A model generated the notes under the pieces. That model was not told the origin of the DNA. It was given only the letters and a program-made list of their open reading frames with translations, and made no database searches. A stretch of DNA of 63,592 nucleotides, the filler included, from Chiloscyllium plagiosum (taxonomy: Eukaryota): assembly GCF_004010195.1 (NCBI RefSeq). It is 4 parts of one record of this genome, joined end to end, with 100 filler letters (N's around TTAATTAATTAA, not from the genome) between each part and the next. Parts side by side here need not be neighbours in the genome. Positions count along the whole stretch, not along the records: positions 1 to 28,953 come from NC_057713.1; 3 more parts are not named here. The stretch is one strand, 5' to 3'. Position numbers and translations under genes: made by a program. Below are positions 13,290 through 25,369 of the stretch, one piece after another. The stretch's first letter is position 1. Each line of letters starts with the position of its first letter.

Positions 13290-14480
13290 TGGCACCTACA
13301 CTACTCAGTTGGCCCTACAAAGTGCTCTTCACTTACATCTCGAGGCTTGCACCTAAACTGGAAAGCCTGACCAGTTGATCAACAGCCTGATGGGGTAGAG
13401 AGTCATGTCAACAGCCAATGACTCCGCCATCTCTATTCTTGGGTATGACCCATCCCACCAGCAGGGCAGAGATGATGGCATAGTGGCAAACAGTCATGAT
13501 GGAGTTGCCCAGGAGTCCTCAATACTGACTCCAGAAATCCAGGTATCAGGCCTTAGAAAATCTGTTGCTGACCACCTACTGCACCTCTTAATGAAACACT
13601 GTCCCTCCATGTTGAATGCATAATAAAGAAGCACTAAGGGAATGGAGGACACAATGTATGCTATGTACAATCTGTGACCTCAAAACCTGGCACGTCCCTC
13701 ATTTTACCATTACAGTCAAGTCAGGAGATAAATTTTCATTCAATGAGTGTTGGACAGCAGGATCAGCACCAAATATACCACAAGTGAAATGATAATCTGG
13801 TGACACTACAACATTGGACTTATACATACCGAAAAACAGTGGTAGCATGCTATATACAGAGGAAAATTACTCTAAAACCAACTAAATCAGATTGAGGCAG
13901 TCCAGCCAGTTTCAGTCTTGAATGATGGTGTACAAGGAAACAACTAAACAGAGGAGGAAGCTTCAAACATTCCTACAATGGTCGAGACTAACACATCAGT
14001 TTATTGTTAAAGTTAATGTTGAGTTATTTACAACTATTTTCAGCCAGAAGTGCTGAGTGGCTGATCCATGTCAAACTCCCCCGTGGGCCGCACCATTGTT
14101 GATGCCAGTTTTCAGAAAATCCAAAGCATTCCACATGATATCAAGAAATGTTTGAAGTCATTAGTTACAGTAATTTTTTATGGTTTTGGGAATCTGATAG
14201 TCGTATTAGGATTTGATCTCCACAACTAGCCATACAATAAGCCAACCCTTTCAACTACAGACATCTACTCAAGAATGTGAAATTCTTTAGGTATGACTTA
14301 TTCTCAAAAAGCAGAGAATAAAAAAGATTAGTCATTTACTACCCAATTAGCCTCTATTATCGATTATCAGTGAAGTGATGGAAGAAGTCTCAGTTGATCA
14401 AGGAACACTTGCTCAGCACTAATCTGTTTACTGATGCAGGTTCCACCAGGGCTGTTCAGCTCCTGACCTCATTCAATCCC
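13290..14480 (+). mobile_element. Heavily decayed family B LINE (endonuclease to RT)
   Basis: ISILGYDPSHQQGRDDG (APE-like) followed by RT-like remnants. Confidence 0.55.
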
Positions 14481-15639
14481 TAAATCATGCTAAATTGACT
14501 GATCTCAATAAGATTGGACTCCAGTATTGAGATTCAAGAGTTTAATTCCTTGTCATCACCTTCTGCCAAATTTCATGCAATAATGTGCAAGGCATCTAAG
14601 GGAGATCAGTGTTTAGGAACTGTATTCCTGCCTATGACAAGGAGAGAGAAAATTAAAAGCGTGGAGGAGGAACAATATACCTACATTTCTTTTGAAATAA
14701 TTTATGCCAGAGATGAGGGGAGGACTATTAAAGTCCATTAGATTAACATTATCCATGCCCAGTTACTATGAATGCCTAGGAAATGACAACTTGCAGGCTT
14801 CAGATGCAGATGACAAGTTGAAAGCTTAGCAATATGAATGCACAGAACAACTTTAAGTTTCATCTTTGAACCTTCATTTGTAATGTAACTCTCACTTTAC
14901 ATGTCATGCTCAGTGTTTTTATCTCTCCCTCTAGACTTTCAAATAGAAAGATTGCACCGTCTTGAACTTTTGAAGTAATTCCCCAAAGTAAAAAAGACTA
15001 ATGGCAAACTTTGAAAATCCTGACAAGTAATGGATCAGTCACTAAAATTAGAATGCTCAATTGTTTAATATTCTTATTCTGTACCTTCAATCTTATTACT
15101 CAATTCACATTAATTCCCCTGCTCTTTACAGACTGTTCCAGAAATAATGCCATATGTTGAATCTCAGACATGCCCTCTTTATAACCTGCTTATCCCAGGA
15201 CATCATCCAGTAGAAAATCTCATCCAAAAAGTATGATTTTGGCAATAAAATTCAAGGCATAGATTCAGAACTTTGATCACAGAGTTTTAATAATGTCAGA
15301 AGCTCTAAAGGATGCTCTAAGACAAAAAACTTATACTGTACAATATGGCTTAATCTTTTGCAATAAATTAGGACTAAAATATATCACTGGAGTCTTGATC
15401 ATAACAAAAGTAGTAAAGATATTTGATTGAATTGATAGAGGTTTAAGAAATGAGAATACTTGTTACAGACAGATTTCTCAAAGTGTTTCACAGAGCAGAA
15501 AGGAACAATAGTCAAGCACGGAGAATTAGGGGAGGTGACCAGGCAACATTGGGATGATAGATTTTTAGGGAAGCTGAGCAGTACAAGATGTAGTGGATAG
15601 TAACAAAACAGTCTGATGTACGCCTATGAGCATATAGTG

Positions 15640-17960
15640 TTTTATAGTAAGAGGACCTTTGGCCCATCATGTCCACTTCAGTCATCAAGCATCATACTCT
15701 AGTCCCATTTTCCAGCATTTAGTTCACAACCTTGTTTGCTGTGGTGCTTCACGTGATCATCGAAATAATTCTTAAATATTGTGATGATCCCCCCTTTACC
15801 ACTCTTTCCAGATACCCACCACTGAAAACATTTTTTTCTTTAAAACCTTGACCTTTACAAGAAATCTATGTCTCTGGTTACTGATCCCTCTTAGTGGATG
15901 CTTTTCATCTTATCTAGGACCCAGAGAATTTTGTCCACCTCAATCAGGACCATCTAAATGTTCTCTGCTCTAAATAAAACATCCCCAGCCTATTTAGTTT
16001 CTATTTATAGCTGAATTGCTCCAGCCCAAGCAATATCTTGGTGAATCTCCTCTCTACGCTCAAAATGCAATCGCATCCTGCTTCCAGTATGGTCACCAGA
16101 ACTGCACACAATACTCCAGATGTGGCCTAAGATCTTATACAATTTTATCATAGCTTCCTGCTTTGTATTCGACATCTCAACTAATAAAGTCAAGTATCCA
16201 ATATGCCTTCTTAACCACCTTATTCACTTGTCCCGTTGCCTTCAAGGGTCAATGCACACCAAGGTGCTGCAGATCTTCTGTACCTCCTAGGATCCTACCT
16301 ATCATCTAAACAATTACTTTGTTCATCCTTCCAAATTGCATCACCTCTCACTTTGCAAGATTAAATTCCATTTAATTCCATTGTTTTGCCCATCTGACCA
16401 TCCATCCATCTGGACCTCCCACATAAATAGGACGACCAAAAAGACACAACAACGCCTCTTCTTCCTCAGACAGCTTAGAAAATTTGGCATGTCCATAAGG
16501 ACCCTCACCAACCTTTACAGATGCACCATAGAAAGCATACTATCCAGGTGCATAATGGCCTGGTATGGCAACTGCTGTGCCCAGGACCAGAAGAAACTAC
16601 AGAAAGTTGAGAGCACAGCCCAAACCATCACGGAAGCCAATCTCCCTTCCATGGACTCCATTTACATTTCCCGTTGCCATGGAAAGGCTGCCAACATCAC
16701 AAAGACCCCTCTCACCTCAGTAATGCTCTCCTACAACCTCTTCCATCAGGCAGAAAATACAGAAGCTTGAACACACGCAACAGCAGGTTCAAGAACAGCT
16801 TCTTCCCTGCCATTATTAGACTGATAAATGGACTCTCTAACTTCAAATAATTTTGATCTTGCTAATGTTAATCTTGCTTTGTGCACCTTTTGTGCAGTGT
16901 AACCTGTGTGACTCAACTCTGTCTAAGCATCCTATGGTCTGTATGTCCTTGTTTACTATAATCTGCCTGTACTGCTCGTAAGCCAAAGCTTTTCACTGTG
17001 CTTAGGTACATGTTACTACAATAAATCAAATTAAGTCAAATTAATACCTTCCTGTATCTCAGGCTTTCATTCTTGCTATTTATTACATCACCAATTTTAG
17101 TTTCATCTGCAAAGTGACTGATCAAACCTCGCACATTCATACCTGGACCATTACTGCACACAACAAACAACATAGAACTGAGCACTAAACCATGTGTTAT
17201 ATGTCCACGGACACAGGTTTCCAGTCTTAAAAACAATATCTGATGATCACCCTCAGCCTCCTGCCATTAAGGCAACTTTGGATCCCATTTGCCAAATTGC
17301 CCTAAATCCCATGGGCTATTTTCTTCTTGACTAATCTCCCATGCAAGACCTTATCAAAAGCTATGTAGACTACATCCACTGCATTACGGTCATCCGCACA
17401 TCTAGTTACTTTCCCAAACAGCTTGATCAGACTAGTCAGACAGGATCAACCTTTGACAAAGCCATGCTGACTATCCTTGATTAATCCTTTACTCTCCAAG
17501 TAAAGATTAATTCTGTCCCTTGGAATTTTTCCCAGTAGTTTCCCTACTACTCATGTTAGACTTATTGGCCCATAGTTCCCTGATTTATCCCAAAAGGTGT
17601 CTTGAATAATGATCCCACATTAGTTGCCCTCCAAAGCTCTGGCACTTCTGCATCCAGAGAGAATTTCAAAAATGTCAGTCTCTTCCCATGCAATCTCTTC
17701 CCTTTCCTCCCTCAGCAGTCTGGGCTGTATCTCATCTGGCCTTGGGACTTAGCTGATAAAACTGCATCCCTCTCAAATTTGTTCAAGTATATTTTAGTCC
17801 ACTTCCCTGATTTCTACACCGACATCATTCTTCTCCACTGCGAATACCGATTTAAAGTATTTATTTAAAAACCTTATCTACACCTTCTGGCTCCACCCAC
17901 ATATTTCACTTAGATCCCTAATGGGCCCCACTCTTTCTCTGGTTATCCCCTTGCTGCTAA
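15640..17960 (-). mobile_element. Old CR1 LINE, interrupted by a Rex1 fragment
   Basis: Minus-strand KLYKILGHIW and FADETKIG fragments on both sides of the insertion. Confidence 0.8.
16406..17040 (+). mobile_element. Rex1/Babar-type LINE 3' fragment
   Basis: KKTQQRLFFLRQLRKFGMS..YRCTIESILS..WYGNC; tail cttttcactgtgcttaggtacatg...aataaatcaaa. Confidence 0.85.
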
Positions 17961-19339
17961 TTTAGTTTTGCACTTTGTCTATCTTAGTTAATATTGATGA
18001 AGTTGAAATTCCTTATTACCCTATTATTTTTGCACTTCTTTGAAAACTGCTTACATCTCTGCTTTTCTATTTCATCTTGAGACTGCTTTGGGGTCTATAG
18101 TACACTTTCAACAATATGTAATGAGTTCTATTGAAATTGCTGTATATGATAATATCTAGAACAAACTAAATTTTAGTGTAAAACTGGAAAATTACAGATT
18201 ATATCTTAAGCATACATATCAGCAGTGTCACTAAGAACTACATCAATATACATAGTTGGCACCAGGTTTATCTATCATCTGGTTTCTGAATTGTTGCTGG
18301 AAAATTGCACTTAAGCTGGCACGGTTACATTGCTGTGATATATTCCTTGTGGTAAGCTCTAATCATGACAAAATGGTCCTCTTAGAAATACCACTGGTGA
18401 CGGACTAATGATTATCAGTATTTCACCTGTGTGTTACAAAGCTCATGACCCCTGCTGGCTGGTTTTCACAATTGTGGGCACATGCAATGAAAATCTCACA
18501 CAACTCAACATATTCCTTCCTTCCCAGTGTCAATGTGGAATTGTAGAATTCACTTGAGACCAACATCTTCCAGAGAAAAGTTAATATTTGAATTAAGATA
18601 TTCAGTTAGTCTGTTCAATAGTTTATAAAGCACTTAAATATATTTTAATATAAAAGTAATGAGATGAAGGGTGTAGGCAAGCTTATAGAGAAAAATTACG
18701 AATCAAAGAAATAATAATAATAGTACTTTGGGCTGGATTTTCCATTTTTAAGCTGTATAATTTTCTGAGAGTTTGATGGCATCATGGCGACACTTCCTTG
18801 CTCCTCACCTTATTAGTTACCCATCCAATGCATCTTGTGCAATCACAAAGCAGTAGAGTGGCAGTGCTCTCCAGTGTGTGACCTTGCACTGCTGGTGGTA
18901 AGGTAAGTATTTATACCCCATGTGCACACCACTTCAGATGCTAAAAGCCAAGAACTGCCCTTCACAATAGTGCTGCTGGACTATTCTCACACAGGAATGT
19001 GGCTCAGGTGGGAAAGATCACACCCTGCTTTACAGATAGCGAACTCAACTTGCTCGTGCACAAGGTTTTCAAATGGAGGCTCTCTCTCTCTCGATTCTGT
19101 AGACCAGAAAAGGAGGCCACGCCACCAGGCCCAGCCAGACTGGACAGAGATTGCGAGCCTGTATTTTACTAATTAACTGAAATGCCTAGTGCAGAAAGGC
19201 GGTCAGTGATTTTCTGTGCTCCACAATGCCACCATCTTCTCTCTGCTACCTGAGCAACTGCTCTAATTCTGATTTTGCTTTCTCTTCACTATAGACAACT
19301 CAAAAAGCATTTCAATAATATCTGCAAACCAGGCAGTGG

Positions 19340-21040
19340 AAGGGAGAGAGCAACTTAGCAAAATTATAATCATCAGGGAAGAGGTACTAAGCAAACTGAT
19401 GGAGCTATGGGCTAAAATGTTTCTGGATCCCGATGATCATCATAGTGTCTTAAACAAGGTTGATACTGCAGTAAATTGTGTGTTGGAGTCATCTTGTTCT
19501 TAATTCCCTAGATTCAAGAAAAGTTCCATTGGACTGGAATGTCGTAAATATAACCCCACTAGTAAAACAAGGGAGGCAGATCACTGGAAACTCTAAGCAG
19601 GTTAGCTTCATGTCTGTTGAGGAGTAGGTGTCACAGCTGGTTATTAAAGAGATTGTAGCTGCACAAGTTCACCAAAGATCCTTAGGCAGCACCTTCCAAG
19701 GCCAAGACCACTTCCATCTGGAAGGACAAGACAGCAGATATTTGGGACCACCACCACCACATGTAAGCTCCCCTTTAAGGTACTCATTATCCTGGTTTGG
19801 AAATATATCGCCATTTCTTAGTATGGCTGGGTAAAAATCTTAGAATTCTCTCCCTAAAGGCCATTGTGGGTACCTATAGCTCAGAACAATAGAAGCTCAA
19901 GGAGGCAGCTCACTATCACCTTTTCAAGGGCAACTAGGGATGGGCAATAAATGCCAGCCCAACCAGTGATGCACACTTCCCACAAGCAAATAAATACAAA
20001 ATAAATTAATTGGAAAAACACTGAGTAATTCAAGGTAAATGAGAAAACTCAGCATAGTTTTTTTTCAAATGGAAATGATGGTTACCAAATTTATTGGCGT
20101 TTTTGAAGATGTGACATGCACTGTGAATAAAGGGAAACCTATACATAGACAATATTTGGTTTCTCAGAAGATTTAAAAAAAATTATCAAATCAGAGGATA
20201 TTGTGCAAAGTAAAAGCTGATGGTACACAGGGTAAAATAGCATTCATAAAAGGTTAGCTGGCTGGCAAAAAACAGAACATATATAAATGGCTTTTCTTTG
20301 ACTGGCAAAATCTAACAAGTGGAGTCCTACAAGCCCTGTGCTAAGCCCTCAAATTTCTATAATTTACATCAATGACTTAGATGAAGGGAAAGCTGGCATA
20401 ATAGATAAATTTGCCGATAACAGCAAGGTAGGTAGGAAAGTACATTGTGAAGAAAACATAAGTTACAGATGGACTTGGACAGATTGAATGGGCATAAATC
20501 TAACAAATGGAATATAATGTGGGAAAATGTGAATTTGTTTACTTTGGCAGGAGGAATAAAGAAAAAAAGTGTACTGCTTCAATTAAGAACAACTGCAGAA
20601 TTCCAAGGGGCAGAGGGATTTGTGCGCTCTAGTGCATACGTCACAAAGCGTTAGTACACAGGTACAGCAAATAATCAAGAAGGGCTTTATTACATGAGAA
20701 ATTGAATATAAAAGTAAAGATATTGTGCTTCAGTTGTACAGAAGATTGGTGGGACCACAGCTCAAATACTGTGTGCAGTTTTGGTCTCCTTATTAAGGAA
20801 AAATGTAAATTAATTGGAAGTAGTTTACAAGAGGTTCACTAGATTGTTTCCGAGAATGTCTTATATGGATAGATTGGACAGAATAGACATTTTCCCAATA
20901 GAATTCAGGAGAGTTTGGGGTGATTTGATTAGTGTATAAAATCCTTTTTAGTCTTCACAGATTGGATGTGGAAAGAATATTTCCTCTTGATGATCAGTCT
21001 ACAAAAATAGGGCACTGTTTTAACATTACGGTTTGCCCTT
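19340..21040 (+). mobile_element. Old CR1 LINE with nested family B 3' end (~19660-20000)
   Basis: Decayed RT motifs IYINDLDEG, KFADNSK and LKYCVQFWSP. Confidence 0.75.
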
Positions 21041-21049
21041 TTTCGAAAA

Positions 21050-21189
21050 AAACTGGATAAATCCCCAGGACCTGATCAGGTGTACCCTAGAACTCTGTGG
21101 GAAACTAGATAAGTGATTGCTGGGCCTCTTGCTGAGATATTTGTATCATCGATAGTCACAGGTGAGGTGCCAGAAGACTGGAGGTTGGC
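21050..21189 (+). mobile_element. HER1-like CR1 fragment running into the gap
   Basis: DKSPGPDQVYPRTLW..IAGPLAEIFVSSIVTGEVPEDWR. Confidence 0.85.
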
Positions 21190-21943
21190 NNNNNNNNNNN
21201 NNNNNNNNNNNNNNNNNNNNNNNNNNNNNNNNNNNNNNNNNNNNNNNNNNNNNNNNNNNNNNNNNNNNNNNNNNNNNNNNNNNNNNNNNNNNNNNNNNNN
21301 NNNNNNNNNNNNNNNNNNNNNNNNNNNNNNNNNNNNNNNNNNNNNNNNNNNNNNNNNNNNNNNNNNNNNNNNNNNNNNNNNNNNNNNNNNNNNNNNNNNN
21401 NNNNNNNNNNNNNNNNNNNNNNNNNNNNNNNNNNNNNNNNNNNNNNNNNNNNNNNNNNNNNNNNNNNNNNNNNNNNNNNNNNNNNNNNNNNNNNNNNNNN
21501 NNNNNNNNNNNNNNNNNNNNNNNNNNNNNNNNNNNNNNNNNNNNNNNNNNNNNNNNNNNNNNNNNNNNNNNNNNNNNNNNNNNNNNNNNNNNNNNNNNNN
21601 NNNNNNNNNNNNNNNNNNNNNNNNNNNNNNNNNNNNNNNNNNNNNNNNNNNNNNNNNNNNNNNNNNNNNNNNNNNNNNNNNNNNNNNNNNNNNNNNNNNN
21701 NNNNNNNNNNNNNNNNNNNNNNNNNNNNNNNNNNNNNNNNNNNNNNNNNNNNNNNNNNNNNNNNNNNNNNNNNNNNNNNNNNNNNNNNNNNNNNNNNNNN
21801 NNNNNNNNNNNNNNNNNNNNNNNNNNNNNNNNNNNNNNNNNNNNNNNNNNNNNNNNNNNNNNNNNNNNNNNNNNNNNNNNNNNNNNNNNNNNNNNNNNNN
21901 NNNNNNNNNNNNNNNNNNNNNNNNNNNNNNNNNNNNNNNNNNN
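21190..21943. other. Assembly gap (754 N)
   Basis: N run. Confidence 1.
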
Positions 21944-21960
21944 GTATGTGGTGTAAAATT

Positions 21961-22302
21961 ATGTCCCAATACATGTGTGAATCATAATGTAACACATGTA
22001 TTGGGCCAAGCAGTGGAATGTGGTGAAACGGTTAAACATTATGTCCCAATACATGTGTGAATCATAATGTAACACATGTATTGGGCCAGGCAGTGGAATG
22101 TGGTGAAACGGTTAAACATTATGTCCCAATACATGTGTGAATCATAATGTAACACATGTATTGGGCCAGGCAGTGGAATGTGGTGAAACGGTTAAACATT
22201 ATGTCCCAATACATGTGTGAATCATAGTGTAACACATGTATTGGGCCAAGCAGTGGGATGTGGTGAAAGGGTTAAAATTGTGTCCCAATACATGTGTGAA
22301 TC
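21961..22302. repeat. 80-bp tandem repeat, ~4.3 copies, each with a perfect 14-bp inverted repeat
   Basis: Units start 21961, 22041, 22121, 22201 and 22281 (partial); CCCAATACATGTGT-13nt-ACACATGTATTGGG. Confidence 0.97.
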
Positions 22303-22479
22303 TAACTGGAATGGAGGTGTTGCTTAGTCCCGTGTGAATCTTATTACACACCTCCCCGTGTGAATCTTCTTATCTGTATGTAACCAGAATGGAATGTGTT
22401 TTTTAGCCTTGCTCTGCTGTTCACATGAATGTTTATATCTGGAAAAGAGTATATCAGCTGGAAAAGTCTCCAGTTCGGT

Positions 22480-22708
22480 GAGTCTGCTCCGGGGTTACGT
22501 TTAACCGCCGAGCGTGGGTTGTTGGCAACCGCTCTACGAGAACTGACGGCTCCTAGTTCCGGTAACATGTAGAGTGAGTATAAGCCAGACCCGGGAGTCT
22601 GCTCCGGGGTTACGTTTAACCGCCGAGCGTGGGTTGTTGGCAACCGCTCTACGAGAACTGACGGCTCGCAGTTCCGGTAACACGTAGAGTGAGTATAAAC
22701 CAGACCCG
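22480..22708. repeat. Two-copy 115-bp direct repeat
   Basis: GAGTCTGCTCCGGGG...CAGACCCG at 22480-22593 and 22595-22708, few substitutions. Confidence 0.97.
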
Positions 22709-22843
22709 TTGTAAGTACGAGACCTGGTTGTGGCGACGCTGCGGGGAATAAGACACTTATATTCTAGCAGACTCGCCTCTTGGTCGTTTGTTCTGTGTCA
22801 GACTACTCTCCTACGAACCTGACCTTGAGAATTTTTTAAAACA

Positions 22844-23062
22844 TACGTGTATGGAATGAGCTGCCAGAGGATGTGGTGGAGGCTGGTACAATTGCAACGT
22901 TTAAGAGGAATTTGGATGGGTATATGAATAGAAAGGGTTTGGAGGGATATGGGCCGGGTGCTGGCAGGTGGGAGTAGATTGGGTTGGGATATCTGTTTGG
23001 CATGGATGGGTTGGACCGAAGGGCCTGTTTCCATGCTGTACATCTCTATGACTCTCTATGAC
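22844..23062 (+). mobile_element. HER1-like CR1 3' end
   Basis: tacgtgtatggaatgagctgccagagg...catctctatgactctctatgac. Confidence 0.9.
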
Positions 23063-23497
23063 AGAGATGGGGGGCTATCTCAGAGGGTTGTGCAACTTTG
23101 AACACCCTGTCTCAGAAGGTAGTACAGATAGGAATGTTAAAGGCACAGAGGTGGATAGAGTCTTGAGTCAGGAAAATCAAGGATTATTGGAAGCAAATAG
23201 GAATGTGGAATTCGAATCAGAAACAGATCAGCTATGTCCTTGGGGATATTTTATTTATATTTACTGATGTTTTTATGCATGTAATAAATTTCTGCAATCC
23301 TGAAGAATCCCCCTTAGAAATAGGACCACCACACACTTAAAGTAAGAAGCTCTCAAACTATTGTTTGATGAGAAAGTTAAGAGGATTATAAATAACATTT
23401 TTTAAAAAAAGCTACATTTGCATTTTGGTATTCACTAACAATTAATTTTATCACATTCGCTAAATGTTCAATGAAATAAATATTTTCACTTTATTGG

Positions 23498-23800
23498 TTA
23501 GATTCTCTACAGTGTGGAAACAGGCCCTTTGGCCCAACCAGTCCACACCGACCTTCTGAAGAGTAACCCACCCAGACCCCATTCCCTCTGACTAATGCAC
23601 CTAACAATATGTCAATTTAGTATAGCCAATTCACCTGGCTGCACATCTTTGGACTGTGGGAGGAAACCGGAGCACCCGGAGGAAACCCATGCAGACACGG
23701 GGAAAATGTGCAAACTCCACACGGACAGTCCCCCGAGGCTGGAATTGAACCTAGAACCATGGTGCTGTGAGGCAGTAGTGCTAACCACTGAGCCACCATG
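23498..23800 (-). mobile_element. HE1-type tRNA-derived SINE
   Basis: Head ggtggctcagtggttagcactactgcctcacagc, B box ggttcaattcc, core gtgtggagtttgcacattttccc, CR1-like tail. Confidence 0.9.
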
Positions 23801-24589
23801 CTGTTTTAATATTGCTGTTAATCTGTTTTGATACTCATTTGTACATTATACTAGAAAGTAACAAATTTCCATAATTAATTAAAGTTTACAAGAAGCAGTA
23901 CTCTTTTATGGTTAGGCTGGGTATTTAAAATATGCTAAATCAAATCCATAAAAGGCAATTACTAAATATTCAATAGTGAGTCTCTCTGTTCAAAGCTACT
24001 GAGCAAATCTTTGCCCTTTTAAAAAAGCCTTCATACATGGAAATCATAAGTGATTACTATGGTACAGATAACCAAAATGAAACTGGCTGATAGTTTTATT
24101 TTTGCAATTGGTTATTGTGGTAGTTAATTACTGAAAATTCACATGAGGATATCTACGTTCTTTTAACAAATTAACACACACGTATTACACAAAATAAATA
24201 AACAAAGCTATGGAAATACACTTGTAAATCAATCTGAAAAGATCTTAACACAAACTGCAAAACAAAAATACCATTCTCTTCCCCAGCAATACCTTTTGTA
24301 GATATTCAATCTTATTGATACTGTTACTCCTACTTTAATTCTTTAACTTATTATTTAATTTACATTTTCGAAATTTAATGACTGAGAGACTTCTTTCCAG
24401 TTCTCATGGCCTAAACCTCATTTCAGTTCTGAGAGCTTGAAAACTTCTACATAAATTCTCACAGCTTGAAGACTTGACAAACTAAAAAAACCTTTTGTTA
24501 TTCTGAAATTGTTCTCTTCTGAACCAAAATCACTGGTGACCCCTGGTCTGTTTTTGCTGTCTGTCATACAAGTTCAACTTCATAAAAAC

Positions 24590-24720
24590 TTTTCCTGATG
24601 AAGGGCTTATGCTCAAAACGTCGATTCTCCTGCTCCTCGGATGCTGCCTGATCTGCTGTGCTTTTCCAGCACTACACTCGACTCTGAGCTCTAGCATCTG
24701 CAGTGCTCACTTTCTCCTTT
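24590..24720 (+). mobile_element. Penelope pseudo-LTR fragment with hammerhead motif (G12 mutated)
   Basis: CTGATGA-A-GGGC-TTAT-GCTC-AAAAC-GTC at 24595-24622. Confidence 0.75.
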
Positions 24721-25369
24721 GTAAAAACTTTATCAGTGAACAACACAGTATCATACTGGACACCTATCCAATGTCACAAGCTTTCTTGGAAATTATATTA
24801 TTCCAAATGACTTTTTGACCTCAAACAATTATTTCATTTGGAACCAAAACCCCACGTTTATTTTACTTCTACTTTAAAGTCCAAATTCCTAAATCATAAC
24901 AACATATTGTACATTTATTAAAATCTCTTTTATTTGATTACTTTTATTACTCTCCTCTGGATTATAATTGCAACCAGAATCATGGAATTGTTAGTGTGCA
25001 GAATGAGGCCATTTCAGCCATTGCGTCTGCACTGGATGTCTAAGTGTTTTAACTAAGTGCTGGTCTCCTGCAGAAGTGGGCAACAAGTCAGGTGTGTCCT
25101 ATCTTGACATTGGGTGCATCTCACTGCATCTGACAAGCTGCAAGGTAAGTTCTTTGTTAATCACGAGCAAGTTTCCAATTCAGTGTTTTAATGCTTGATA
25201 AATGCCTTATTAATGGCCCAGCTTGCCTTATTGATATTCAGCTTCCTAACTTACCAAACAATCCAAACCAACTAGACAATGAGAACTCTCAGAGTGCAGA
25301 CCTGGTGACTTCAGCTCATTGCTTACTTAGAAGGACGTCCCTTTGTCACAGGGCACCAATGACTTGATA

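Larger units (their letters stand above)
21944..22843 (+). mobile_element. LTR-like insertion (probable solo or 3' LTR of an ERV/LTR retrotransposon); 5' end lost in the gap
   Basis: Tandem enhancer-like array, TATA-like gtatat ~22449, AATAAG ~22747 followed by a GT-rich tract, terminal ...AACA abutting mid-CR1 sequence; CpG-rich. Confidence 0.65.

Noticed and set aside
21076..22060. Long ORFs of 264-315 aa
   Set aside because: Artefacts of translating through N runs; the same applies to ORFs at 54659-55162
21961..22302. CRISPR-like array (palindromic repeats at regular spacing)
   Set aside because: The intervening sequences are near-identical rather than unique spacers, there are no cas genes, and the context is vertebrate
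22480..22708. Known ribozyme (hammerhead, hairpin, twister) in the 115-nt repeat
   Set aside because: CTGACGG is not CUGANGA and no GAAA follows; AGAA/GUC lack the hairpin-ribozyme helices; no twister core on either strand
23617..23799. Recurrent ORFs MVAQWLALLPH / CGRKPEHPEETH as a gene family
   Set aside because: Translations of HE1 SINE copies
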